This document shows, piece by piece, positions 28,491 to 38,095 of a stretch of DNA of 64,000 bases. The stretch lies in the NCBI GenBank assembly GCA_964483625.1, contig CAZABB010000006.1, positions 2,129 through 66,128 of the forward strand, in the 5' to 3' direction. Source of the stretch: an uncultured Planctomycetia bacterium (lineage in GTDB: Bacteria; Omnitrophota; Gorgyraeia; Duberdicusellales; 4484-171). The notes beneath the pieces are model-generated. The model worked only from the letters and a program-made list of their open reading frames with translations. It was not told where the DNA came from and searched no databases. The position numbers and the translations under genes were made by a program. Position 1 is the stretch's first letter. Every line of letters starts with the position of its first letter.

Positions 28491-28533
28491 AGGGCTATTC
28501 TCAGCAGAAATGCTGGGGGTAGCCCTTTTTTTT
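28491..28533 (+). terminator. Intrinsic terminator ahead of the lipoprotein operon
   Basis: agggctattctcagca-gaaa-tgctgggggtagccct + T tract. Confidence 0.75.
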
Positions 28534-28561
28534 GTTTATACCCATTAACCAAAGGAGAGCC

Positions 28562-29224
28562 ATGAAAAGATTATCAATATTATTATTTCTTATCTTTCTC
28601 TCAGGGTGCGCTTCCATCACGCCCTATCTTAACCAGCCACAGGAGCTTCATGAGGGCGAGGCGGTAATCCTTTCCCGCCTGCTTGATTCAGCATCCCCGC
28701 TCGAGAATTTCGAGGCCGTGAGAGAGATTGCGTTCAGGAACAATCCTGACATGAATGTTCTTGCACTCGAGATAATTTCTTATCACAAGGGGCTCGGCCT
28801 GCTTCGGAATTTCCCCCTGTCCTCCGGCTCAAAAATATACTTCGGTGATTATGCAGGTTCGGCGATGAGTGTCTGCACTTATGTTTCAGACCTGATCAGG
28901 AAGATAAATCCCGAGAGCGACCCGAACATGAAAGTGATGATTGCGAGATTCGAGAGGCTGAGGCTTGAGATTTCCCAGGGGATATCGGATGAGCTTTCTC
29001 TTCTCGAAGACCTGAACGAAGAGGTCAGGGTGCTCAAGTCCCTGCATAAAGACAAGTCCATCGAGGAAAAGATAAACAGGTTCTTTGAAAAGAAAGGCTT
29101 CAGCATAGCTTCGGATGGTGAGAAGCAGGAAGACAAAAATGAGGAGCTTCTGAAGAAAAAGCTCGCTGAAAGGGAAAAGGTAGTCCGCCGGATTTACGAA
29201 CTCTGCGGGCTCGTTAAAAAATAA
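28562..29224 (+). CDS. Lipoprotein with coiled-coil C-terminus
   Basis: AAGGAG RBS; MKRLSILLFLIFLSGC lipobox. Confidence 0.75.
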   Translation: MKRLSILLFLIFLSGCASITPYLNQPQELHEGEAVILSRLLDSASPLENFEAVREIAFRNNPDMNVLALEIISYHKGLGLLRNFPLSSGSKIYFGDYAGSAMSVCTYVSDLIRKINPESDPNMKVMIARFERLRLEISQGISDELSLLEDLNEEVRVLKSLHKDKSIEEKINRFFEKKGFSIASDGEKQEDKNEELLKKKLAEREKVVRRIYELCGLVKK

Positions 29225-29261
29225 TTCTAAAAATCAACCATTCAGGGAGGTGTGAACAGAA

Positions 29262-29705
29262 ATGAAAAGTAACTGGAAGAAAAACAATTTTTCTCAAAGA
29301 GACATGTGTCTTGAACTGCTTGCCGGCAAATTCGGGCTTCCTCTCGAGGAAGATTCGTTCTGGACAAGACGCCCCCGTTTCGTTTATGCCGAAAGCGAGC
29401 TGATGAACTCAAAGACCGAAGCGGTGCTCACCCACAGAAACGGCAGGCTGGTATGGACGGAGAAAATTCAGACTGACAACGGCGAGACCTTCGAGATTTT
29501 GATAGAGACAAACAGGAATCATCCTTACTCTGTCCCGAGAGTTTTCATCACACCGAAGCTTTCGCTGAACGGCAGGGGACGTCCCGACGGAAGTGTGGGG
29601 CTCTGTTCCTGCGATGAATACGTCGAGAAGATGTCGGTGTATGACCTCAGGCAGAAGGCCGTTGATTTCCTCAACGAGCATTTGGCAAATCAATACGGGA
29701 GGTAA
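29262..29705 (+). CDS. Possible E2/UBC-fold protein
   Basis: FEILIE....HPYSVPRVFITP....PDGSVGLC resembles YP..PP.V.F...G.ICL. Confidence 0.45.
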   Translation: MKSNWKKNNFSQRDMCLELLAGKFGLPLEEDSFWTRRPRFVYAESELMNSKTEAVLTHRNGRLVWTEKIQTDNGETFEILIETNRNHPYSVPRVFITPKLSLNGRGRPDGSVGLCSCDEYVEKMSVYDLRQKAVDFLNEHLANQYGR

Positions 29706-29711
29706 TCAAAA

Positions 29712-30617
29712 ATGATAATAGACAGGCTATTACAGATTACAGGAAGGATTAAGACTGTCAAAGAGCTTTACCGTCTCGTGAACAAAGGCATCAATACGAT
29801 TATCGAGGGTGCGAAGACTGTCGGCAAGACCTTTGTCCTCGAGAGGGTATTCAAGGCATTCTGCAATTCCGAGCGTGTAAACAGGAAACTTCTTTACGTC
29901 AGGGCGCATGGGACAAGGCGTGATTATGAACAGATTATGTTCGTAATGTCCGAGAAATATGGCGACATCCATGACGAAGACTGCAAAGAGCAGACCTTCA
30001 ATGAATTCCGCAAAGGAAACCAGCAGCAGATTGAGAGACGCATCATCACAGGTATTAAGAATTCAGATTTGCCTTATGTAATCTTCATCGAGGAGATGAA
30101 GAAACTCCCTGACTCAATGCGTATTTTCATTAAAGAGCTTCTTAAGACAGGCAAGGTTTCAATCGTGGCAGAGCCGAAGGATATGTCCGATTCAAAGACA
30201 AGACAATTTTATCAGGGCTTTGACAGGTTTGAAGTGAGGCCGATGAATGACGAGAAGATGGGGATTCTCTTTGATGATTTAATCAAATGTCATTCAGTCA
30301 AAATTAAGCCCGAGGATTACGAGGAGATCAAAAGCAAGCTTCTGATTGAGACGGCAGGCAACCCCGGCAGGATGAAGGCAATAATTGAAAGATGCACCAA
30401 GGAAAAGGAAGTCAATAAAGAAGACATTCTCGAGAAATACGCATCGTCTCACCGCAGGGAATATCCGATAGGCATGAGCATCATGCTCTGTGTGGTTTTC
30501 TTCATGGCTTACAGGTATTTCATGCGGGGGCTCGGCACGGTTACGGACATGGTCTGCGGAGGGATTATCTTCGCCCTGGGGATTCTTCTTTACAGAATCA
30601 GCAATAAATTCAAATAA
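29712..30617 (+). CDS. AAA-type ATPase with two C-terminal TM helices
   Basis: GAKTVGKT, VIFIEE, GNP; hydrophobic C-terminus. Confidence 0.7.
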   Translation: MIIDRLLQITGRIKTVKELYRLVNKGINTIIEGAKTVGKTFVLERVFKAFCNSERVNRKLLYVRAHGTRRDYEQIMFVMSEKYGDIHDEDCKEQTFNEFRKGNQQQIERRIITGIKNSDLPYVIFIEEMKKLPDSMRIFIKELLKTGKVSIVAEPKDMSDSKTRQFYQGFDRFEVRPMNDEKMGILFDDLIKCHSVKIKPEDYEEIKSKLLIETAGNPGRMKAIIERCTKEKEVNKEDILEKYASSHRREYPIGMSIMLCVVFFMAYRYFMRGLGTVTDMVCGGIIFALGILLYRISNKFK

Positions 30618-30628
30618 GAGGAAAAAAT

Positions 30629-31915
30629 ATGACCACACCTACTCATATCGCAGGAGCTACGGCAGGCATGCTTCTCATAGCAGTCGCCTTCAGGTGCCTG
30701 AACGTATCATGGGCGACAATTCTTTTCACGATGTTTGCGGGACTGCTTCCCGACATAGATAACGTTAAGTCTATAATCGGGTGGCTGTTTCACAGGCTTG
30801 TTTCCATTCTGTCTTTCGGCAAAGTGAATTTCTCGAAGCTTGTTCAGCACAGGGGATTCTTTCATTCACTGCCTTTTGTGGCCCTGCTCTCATTCATACT
30901 TTATTTCATAAGGGCTGATTTGATTCCTTATCTCCTGATTGGAATGCTCTCTCACATTGTCCTTGATTCATTCCAGAAGAGAGGTGTCAAGCTTCTGGGT
31001 TTTGGCAATGCCTGGGGAAGATTCTCCCTTAATTGGAACATGCTCTTGAGGTCTTCGGGAGAATATTCAGTCCTTGCTTCCTGCATCATGATTATTCTTG
31101 TTTCATCGGCGGTAATCTCGAAAGGCGGGACTAATCACATCATCAGGAAAGCGTTAGGCACGCTCAAGGCCACTGTTGAGGATATCAATGACCTGAAGAA
31201 TTATGAGTGCTTCCTTGTCGTGAATGATAGCGGTGTCCAGAGTGAGTATCTTATAATCGGCTCTTTTGGAAAGGATTCAGTCATTGTCCTTGACGGGAAT
31301 TCTCCTCTGTCATTCGGCTACCGCCATAACTGCCAACTGAAAGCGGATAACAAGTCTTACGTCAGGAAAGACAGGAAGATGAAGACTATCGAATACAAGT
31401 TTATCCTGAAGGATAAATCATTCAGGCATCTTTATAACAAGATTGACAGCTCGTATTTCTATTATTTTTCCGGCAGTGCTCTTCTCAAAGATTCAAAGGA
31501 AATCCCGTTTTTTTATAACAGGTATAACACTGTTTCTGCTTCCGGAAAGAGGCTGAATTTTGAATTTGCGAGGCTTGAGGATTTGAAGGTTTATGGGATT
31601 GAGGACTCTGAAATACTGCTCGGCGATTTTGTAATAACTTACAGAATCGCCGAAGGCCAGAATCCTCCTCCGCTTTCGGCAAAGATTACCGAAGCGGTTT
31701 CCGCCGATGTTGAAGCTGTCGAGAAAAGGATTTCGGAATTGAAAGGAATCATAAACAGTCCTGACCTGAAGCGGGAAGTCGAAAACATATTCAATGTCGA
31801 TTCAGAGGAAGCGGAAATCTACCTGCGGGTTTTCAGGAGAAAGGCTGAAAAGCTGTTAAAGGAAGAAGAAACCAACCTTCTGAGGATTCACTCGATAAAA
31901 AAGGATATGCCATGA
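30629..31915 (+). CDS. YdjM-like metal-dependent membrane hydrolase with long soluble C-terminus
   Basis: TH, LLPDID, HRGFFHSL, SHIVLD, GV. Confidence 0.85.
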   Translation: MTTPTHIAGATAGMLLIAVAFRCLNVSWATILFTMFAGLLPDIDNVKSIIGWLFHRLVSILSFGKVNFSKLVQHRGFFHSLPFVALLSFILYFIRADLIPYLLIGMLSHIVLDSFQKRGVKLLGFGNAWGRFSLNWNMLLRSSGEYSVLASCIMIILVSSAVISKGGTNHIIRKALGTLKATVEDINDLKNYECFLVVNDSGVQSEYLIIGSFGKDSVIVLDGNSPLSFGYRHNCQLKADNKSYVRKDRKMKTIEYKFILKDKSFRHLYNKIDSSYFYYFSGSALLKDSKEIPFFYNRYNTVSASGKRLNFEFARLEDLKVYGIEDSEILLGDFVITYRIAEGQNPPPLSAKITEAVSADVEAVEKRISELKGIINSPDLKREVENIFNVDSEEAEIYLRVFRRKAEKLLKEEETNLLRIHSIKKDMP

Positions 31916-32769
31916 AAATTCTCAAAGAATACGAAAGGCACATGAAGATTTGCAGGAAAAGCCCTGCCACTATCCGGCAGTATGGTAATGACGTGAAGCT
32001 TTTCTGCAATGCTTTCGGTGCGGATATCTTCAAGAGTTCGGGCAAGGACGTTGATGGATTCATTGAGTGGCTCATTGACAGGAAGTGCCAGAACGTAACG
32101 ATTGCGAGAAAGATAGCATCGCTCAGAAGCTTTTACGTCTTTCTCACAGCGAAAGGCTTCGTGAAAAATAATCCATTCCTCAAAGCTCCAAAGCTGAGGA
32201 TCCCCCGGAAAGACCAGAGGGTTCTCACGGGAGAAGAAGTAAATCGGATATTTGAGACCCTGGGGGATTATCCTCCCACTCTTAAAGGCAGGGTGACTGA
32301 TTGCATCCTGCATATCATGTATTTTCTCGGCCTGCGGGTCTTTGAGGTTGCGAGCCTCGATGTCTCAAGCATCTCGGCTCCGCCTGAGAGTTATCTGAAC
32401 TTTATCGGGAAAGGCGGGAAACAAAGAAGCCTTCCGCTTGTCCATGATAAGCTTGTCTGCTCTCTTGATGAATGGATGGAATTTCGGAAAAAGTTTCCCG
32501 GAGTCGAGGCCCTTTTCATCAGCCGTAACCTCAGCAGGATTTCGGTAAGGACTATCCAGAGGTGGATAAAGTGTCTCGGAGTAAATTCCGGCTTGGGGGA
32601 TTGTTTGACGCCTCACGTTCTGAGAAGGACTTTCGCTACCCGGCTTCTTGAGCAGGGGGCTGACCTTTTCTCGGTTGCGGATTTGATGGGGCACGAGAGC
32701 CTCACTACGACAAGGAGGTATGCAGTGGTAACAGACAAAAAGCGGAAGGGCACGCTTCTCTTACTATGA
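31912..32769 (+). CDS. XerC/D-like tyrosine recombinase
   Basis: GLRVFE, GKGGKQR, TPHVLRRTFAT, LMGHES..TT.RY. Confidence 0.92.
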   Translation: MKILKEYERHMKICRKSPATIRQYGNDVKLFCNAFGADIFKSSGKDVDGFIEWLIDRKCQNVTIARKIASLRSFYVFLTAKGFVKNNPFLKAPKLRIPRKDQRVLTGEEVNRIFETLGDYPPTLKGRVTDCILHIMYFLGLRVFEVASLDVSSISAPPESYLNFIGKGGKQRSLPLVHDKLVCSLDEWMEFRKKFPGVEALFISRNLSRISVRTIQRWIKCLGVNSGLGDCLTPHVLRRTFATRLLEQGADLFSVADLMGHESLTTTRRYAVVTDKKRKGTLLLL

Positions 32770-32831
32770 TTATAACTATATTAGTTGCACATTTAATTAT
32801 GATTAATTTTTCCGGTCAGAATCCGTGTTTT

Positions 32832-32926
32832 TACGGTTTTCTGGCTGGTTCTGCCAGAAAAGAATTTCTTTCACGACTGAAGTCTGGCCGTTTCTTTAAC
32901 TCGCTCTTAACAGCCAGAAAACCGTA
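32832..32926. repeat. Perfect 16-bp inverted repeat with an alternative nested hairpin
   Basis: TACGGTTTTCTGGCTG (32832-47) / CAGCCAGAAAACCGTA (32911-26). Confidence 0.8.
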
Positions 32927-32971
32927 TTATTTGGCGGTCAGATTTATGTCCTTAATCCGGGAGGTGTCCTG

Positions 32972-33838
32972 ATGATAAAAAAATTATTCAACCGCATCAG
33001 GGATTCCTTTGGAAAAATTAATGAGGAGTCCTATGACGAAAATGCAGTCCTTGATGAATCCCCTCATGTCTCAGATGAGGGCGAAAAGAAGGTCTGCGTT
33101 CTTGAGTTCTACGCTTTCATGCGTAAGCTGTATGAGAAGATTCTTGGCAGGCTGGGGTTCTCGTATTTCATAACAGGGAGCGAAGAAGAATTTTTATCAT
33201 CCCTTGAATGCTGTTCTGTTGCCGTTGTTGATGACAACCAGCCTGACATCAGGGGCTTTCTTCTGGCCTCAAAACTGAAGGCTGAACGCCCTGAGCTTCC
33301 TGTAATTGTATGCACAGCTAACGCTTCGCTTGAAGCTTATGAGGAGTTCAAGGTCTCTAAGGCTGATGCTCTGCTGTTCAAGCCTGTTTCTGAAAGCGAG
33401 CTTGCTGGCTGCATTAATAGGGTTCTTGTCAAGTCCTCTGCCGAGCCTGTTGTTGAAGAAAAAGTAATTCCGAAAAAGCGTGGCAGGAAACCTTTTACTT
33501 TTCTTGATATCGCTGAAAAGCATGTCTGGGAGTTTTCCCAGAGCGGGCTTTCAAAGGCCGAGTTTTCAAGGAAGAACAAGCTGAGCCTTTCATCTCTGAA
33601 AAACGAGTTCAGGATTATTGCACTGCCTGAAAGCGTGAAGAAACTTGTAGGCGAAAACATCGACTGCTTCAAGAAGTCCTTTTTTGAGCACATCACCAAG
33701 CTCAAGGATGAACAGAGCATCCTTGATTTATGCTCTGAAATTATCGAACGTGGTAGCAAGGGGTCTTATTATGATCTCTCTGCCCTGAAGCAGAGAGTCA
33801 ATGAGTATCTTTCATTGGAGAAAAAAGATGAGGTTTGA
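32972..33838 (+). CDS. Receiver domain fused to HTH/ParB-C-like region
   Basis: VAVVDDNQPDIRG, PVIVCTA, KP; GLSKAEFSRKNKLSLSSL. Confidence 0.7.
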   Translation: MIKKLFNRIRDSFGKINEESYDENAVLDESPHVSDEGEKKVCVLEFYAFMRKLYEKILGRLGFSYFITGSEEEFLSSLECCSVAVVDDNQPDIRGFLLASKLKAERPELPVIVCTANASLEAYEEFKVSKADALLFKPVSESELAGCINRVLVKSSAEPVVEEKVIPKKRGRKPFTFLDIAEKHVWEFSQSGLSKAEFSRKNKLSLSSLKNEFRIIALPESVKKLVGENIDCFKKSFFEHITKLKDEQSILDLCSEIIERGSKGSYYDLSALKQRVNEYLSLEKKDEV

Positions 33839-34769
33839 AGAGCGAATAAAAGTCAGCAATGATTTTGTCCTTGAGGTTGCGAGGAAGGCTTTTCCTTCCT
33901 GTAGCCTGAAGAGCGTCTGCCCTTCGTCTCTTGGCAAAGTCTCGAGCGTTTTCAGGGTTGATATTTCTTCCCCTGATAAGAACATGTGCCTGAGGGTCTC
34001 ACGCAACGGAGAGGTCGGGAAGGAATCTGTCGCTTACGGCCTGCTTGAAGGGATTGTTCCTGTCCCTCCGATAATAATTTCAGGCGAGAAGTTTCTCCTG
34101 TCGGGCTGGCTTCCCGGCATGACTCTGGAAGACGCTTTAAAGACTGTTGATTCCGATGACAGGAGGCTTCTTGCTTTCTCTGCCGGCGAAGTCCTTGCCC
34201 GCATCCATTCGGTCGCTCTTGATTCTTTCGGTTTTATCTTTGACGGTGATGTTGCGTTTCCTTCGGCGAGGTCTTTTATTCTGACGAAGCTTGATTCGCT
34301 TCTTTCTTCTCCTCTTGTCAGGGAAGCTTTCGGGCTAATTACTCTTGAGGAGATTAAGAAATTCTGTTCCCAGTATATTGTTATGTTTGAAGGGAAACCT
34401 TGTCTGCTTGTCGGGGACTACAAGGCAAACAACATCAACGTAATCAATGATCCTTCATGGAGGATTAACGGCGTCTATGATTTCGGGGATGCCTTTGCAG
34501 GACTCAACGAGTGGGATTTCTCCAAGTTCTTCAGGCATGTTGCGGATGTTTACCCTGACATGAAGCGGCCTTTCCTTAGCGGGTATAAGAAATGCGGGAC
34601 TATAAAAAACGGCTTTGAGAAAAGGGTGAGAATCTTCGATGTTTTCCTGATACTCCTCACTGTCGAGAAGATGATGAGGGCTCCCGTCTCTGACGAGGAA
34701 AAGATTGAGGAGCTTCGCAAATACGTTGATGTCCTGAAGGAGAACATCTTTATCGTAAATTCACTATAA
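33828..34769 (+). CDS. Aminoglycoside phosphotransferase/choline kinase-like protein
   Basis: LARIH, LLVGDYKANNI, VYDFGDA. Confidence 0.8.
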   Translation: MRFEERIKVSNDFVLEVARKAFPSCSLKSVCPSSLGKVSSVFRVDISSPDKNMCLRVSRNGEVGKESVAYGLLEGIVPVPPIIISGEKFLLSGWLPGMTLEDALKTVDSDDRRLLAFSAGEVLARIHSVALDSFGFIFDGDVAFPSARSFILTKLDSLLSSPLVREAFGLITLEEIKKFCSQYIVMFEGKPCLLVGDYKANNINVINDPSWRINGVYDFGDAFAGLNEWDFSKFFRHVADVYPDMKRPFLSGYKKCGTIKNGFEKRVRIFDVFLILLTVEKMMRAPVSDEEKIEELRKYVDVLKENIFIVNSL

Positions 34770-34974
34770 GAGGTGATTAATTTGAGAAAGAAAAAGCCTG
34801 ACATGAAGTTCAGAGGTAAGTGCGGAAAGTATGATTTTGAGCTTTCCGTCACCTTTGCGCCGTTTCCTTCCTCAAAGGAAAGGGACAGGGCTTATCGTGT
34901 GTGGGCTGAGACATTCGCTGAAAGCTGTAAGAAAGGGAGAAAGGTTTAAGTAATCTTCTTGAATATAAATCTCT

Positions 34975-35487
34975 ATGCAAACTAAAGCACAGTTAAACAG
35001 GCAAAAGGACGGATATCGTAGAGAGAATGAAATGGTGGATTATTATTTGTCTAACGGGTTTAAAGTGCTTGGGTATAAGAATTGCGATGATATGAACATG
35101 ATATCGTTTTTCCTGCCTTTTGAGATTGCGCTAAAGAAAGTCTTTGGTTCTTGGAATTCTCTTGCGGAGCTCGTTCGGTCAAATACTGTTGAAATGTTAA
35201 GGCTATCAAAGGATGGGGAGCTGGAAGTGCTTGAAGTCAAAACTAAAGCCGATATTAAGAAAGATAAAGCATCTCATAAATTTAGATTTGATTGTCAGCC
35301 AGAACAGATAGAAAAATGTGAACGTGTGCTTGAGAAAGGAGTTGCGGTTATTTGGGTTTTTTATATAGAGACTTATAATAAATACATAGAAGTCCCTTTT
35401 GGTGAATTGCATTTTTCACCTAAGCAATGCAAGGTTAAATTACCTGAAAAATATCGAGACCTTAATTTGTGGAATGTTAAAGAATAG
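34975..35487 (+). CDS. Possible PD-(D/E)xK nuclease
   Basis: GYRRENE...VLEVKTK. Confidence 0.45.
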   Translation: MQTKAQLNRQKDGYRRENEMVDYYLSNGFKVLGYKNCDDMNMISFFLPFEIALKKVFGSWNSLAELVRSNTVEMLRLSKDGELEVLEVKTKADIKKDKASHKFRFDCQPEQIEKCERVLEKGVAVIWVFYIETYNKYIEVPFGELHFSPKQCKVKLPEKYRDLNLWNVKE

Positions 35488-35751
35488 GCGTCGCTCAGAT
35501 ATCCGGATAATTCCCTATCCATCGCCAAAAGTTTTTCCTGTGTTTGGGGCACATTTCCTTCCTTAGCTCTTTCAGTGGTTTGTCTGACGCTTCGATTTTG
35601 GTTAAGCAGTTGCAGGTTTTCATGATATAATGTGAGCTATTAATATTTATATTAGTTCTTGACAGTTTGTCGGAAGTTTTTCGGCATTTTGATAAAGTTT
35701 TTATATGAGTAGGGGTTTATGCCCTGTTAATTATTTGGGAGGGGGTCTGTT

Positions 35752-38091
35752 ATGGATAAAGCTGTTCTTGTATCAAAAATTAAGGAGTTGAGCAATCTTG
35801 CTAATAAGCTTCATGGCTTTGAAGATGATGAGGAAAGTTTCCTTGTTGCGATTAAGGGGCTTGACAGGAAGTATCTTGAGGGCGAGCTTGAGAAATTTCG
35901 TGAAGGAAGCATTAGCTGGAATGGCGTTTTGAAGCCTGTTAATTTCCTTAAATTCTTGGTAATAGATAAGGTTCTTGATGACAAGGATGTTTCTCTTGAG
36001 ATTATTGACGAGTTCAAGGATAGGATTCTTAAGCTGGATGTTGATTATTTCAAGGATTATCCTGATTTCAAGGAGGCAATGCTCAAGCTTGAGAAGGGTA
36101 AAAACTTTTTTTGGCAGTGGAACAATATTTTCAAGATTCTTTTTTATGTCTATTATGACCAGCATAAGGACAGCGTCAATTCTTCTCTGACCGAGATTGC
36201 TGACCATTTCAAGACTGTTTTGAATATGAAGGATTCCAAGACAACGATTAACGGGTTTGGGTGGAATAATAATTATGGCTCGAGCGATTGCTGGATTGCT
36301 CTTTATCCTCCTGATAGGGACAGCCATCAGAAGGCTTATCAAATCTTTTTGAGGGTGAATCCTGTAAACGAGCTTGTTTATGGAATGACTAACGGCGCAA
36401 AGATTGCGGAGAACAAGAAGCTTGAGAAGCAGGATGGTTCTAACGTTGATGTAGACAAGCTCGAGAAATTTCTCTTTGAGAAAGCTAAGCCTGAGTATGA
36501 AAAGCTTAACGCCTCTGTTAAACCTGAGCCTGACGAAGAAGAGGTTGACGAAGAATTAAGGGTTGTCGATGAGAAATGCCCCAAGAATGTCATTCTTTAC
36601 GGCCCTCCTGGGACTGGAAAGACTTATATGGCTTACGAGGAGGCTGTTCGCATTGTTGATCCTTCCTTTTCGTGGAAGGACAGGAAGGCTCTCGTTGCTA
36701 AATTTCGTGAGTTTCAGGATAGCGGTTATATCACTTTTGTTACTTTCCATCAGTCTTTCAGCTACGAGGAATTCATTGAGGGTTTCAGGTATGACAAGGA
36801 AGAAAAAATGCCTATGGTTGAGTCTGGCGTGTTCAAGACGCTTGTCGAGAGCGCAAGGTCTGACTATGTAAGTCCTAAGAAGAAGATTGATTTGAACCTT
36901 GCTAAGAGGAATGTATTCAAAATGTCGCTCGGCAACACTCTCAAGGAAGATGAGGATATTTATGATTTCTGTATGCAAGAAGACATCATAGCCATTGGTT
37001 GGGGGCAAGATGTTAACTATACGGGAGCCGATACTAAGGAAAAAGTCGCCAAGAAGTTCAAAGAGCATGAAGGAAGCGATAAAGATTCTGTCTTTAATGT
37101 AACAGCGATTCACTTCTTCAAGAATATCATGAAGAAAGATGACCTTGTATTTGTCTCTAAAGGAAACCGTTCCTTGCGTGCTATTGGTCGTGTTGTGGGG
37201 GAATATTATTATGATGAAAATGTACCTATAAATTATCGCCATTTCAGAAAGGTCGAGTGGCTTCTTACGGACAGCAATATTCCCGTAGAGAAAGTTATGA
37301 AGAAGAATTTCAGCCAGCAGACTATTTATGAGATAAGCAAGAGCTGGCTGCTTGAACAGAACCTTCAGGAGCTTCTTGCTAAACCAGCAGACAATAAGAA
37401 AGAGGTCAGGAATTATGTGCTGATTATCGACGAGATTAACAGGGGGAATATCTCTAAGATTTTCGGGGAGTTAATCACTCTTATTGAGGATGATAAAAGG
37501 CTTGGCATGGAGAACGAGATGGTCGTCAAGCTTCCATACAGCAAGGAGATCGATTTCGGGATTCCTCCCAATATCTATGTTATCGGCACTATGAATACTG
37601 CTGATAGGAGTATAGCTTTGATGGATGTCGCTCTTAGACGAAGGTTTAGTTTTAAGAGGATTGCTCCAGAATCCAAGATTATCTCTGACTTGTTGTCCGA
37701 GAAGGAGGTCGATGGGGATTTTATTGAGATTTTGCAGAAGTCCTTTATTGCCTTGAACAAAAGGATTAAGGTGTTGCTTGATGAAGACCATGTTATAGGG
37801 CATAGTTATTTTCTGAAGATTGGGCCTGAAGATTTCGAGTATGATCTTCATGCTGTCTGGTATGACAAGATTATTCCTCTGCTTCAGGAATATTTCTATA
37901 ATGATTGGGATAAGTTGAGGCTTGTTCTCGGCGAGCATAATTCTCAGAAACGTAGCGGTTTCATTAAGGTTTTAGAGGCTGAATACAAGGGCATTTTCGG
38001 CTCTGAGTTTGATGAGGAGTATCCTTGCGAAATTGTCCGCTATGAGCCTGATTTGTTCTCTCAGGTATTGAAGAACACATTTATCGGATAA
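35752..38091 (+). CDS. mcrB: McrB-family GTPase with N-terminal domain and EVE/PUA-like insertion
   Basis: GPPGTGKT, TFHQSFSYEEFIEG, IIDEINRGN, MNTADRS, ALRRRF, GHSYF. Confidence 0.93.
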   Translation: MDKAVLVSKIKELSNLANKLHGFEDDEESFLVAIKGLDRKYLEGELEKFREGSISWNGVLKPVNFLKFLVIDKVLDDKDVSLEIIDEFKDRILKLDVDYFKDYPDFKEAMLKLEKGKNFFWQWNNIFKILFYVYYDQHKDSVNSSLTEIADHFKTVLNMKDSKTTINGFGWNNNYGSSDCWIALYPPDRDSHQKAYQIFLRVNPVNELVYGMTNGAKIAENKKLEKQDGSNVDVDKLEKFLFEKAKPEYEKLNASVKPEPDEEEVDEELRVVDEKCPKNVILYGPPGTGKTYMAYEEAVRIVDPSFSWKDRKALVAKFREFQDSGYITFVTFHQSFSYEEFIEGFRYDKEEKMPMVESGVFKTLVESARSDYVSPKKKIDLNLAKRNVFKMSLGNTLKEDEDIYDFCMQEDIIAIGWGQDVNYTGADTKEKVAKKFKEHEGSDKDSVFNVTAIHFFKNIMKKDDLVFVSKGNRSLRAIGRVVGEYYYDENVPINYRHFRKVEWLLTDSNIPVEKVMKKNFSQQTIYEISKSWLLEQNLQELLAKPADNKKEVRNYVLIIDEINRGNISKIFGELITLIEDDKRLGMENEMVVKLPYSKEIDFGIPPNIYVIGTMNTADRSIALMDVALRRRFSFKRIAPESKIISDLLSEKEVDGDFIEILQKSFIALNKRIKVLLDEDHVIGHSYFLKIGPEDFEYDLHAVWYDKIIPLLQEYFYNDWDKLRLVLGEHNSQKRSGFIKVLEAEYKGIFGSEFDEEYPCEIVRYEPDLFSQVLKNTFIG

Positions 38092-38095
38092 GAAA

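Noticed and set aside
32770-32810. Chromosomal dif site
   Set aside because: No convincing TTATGTTAAAT XerD arm.
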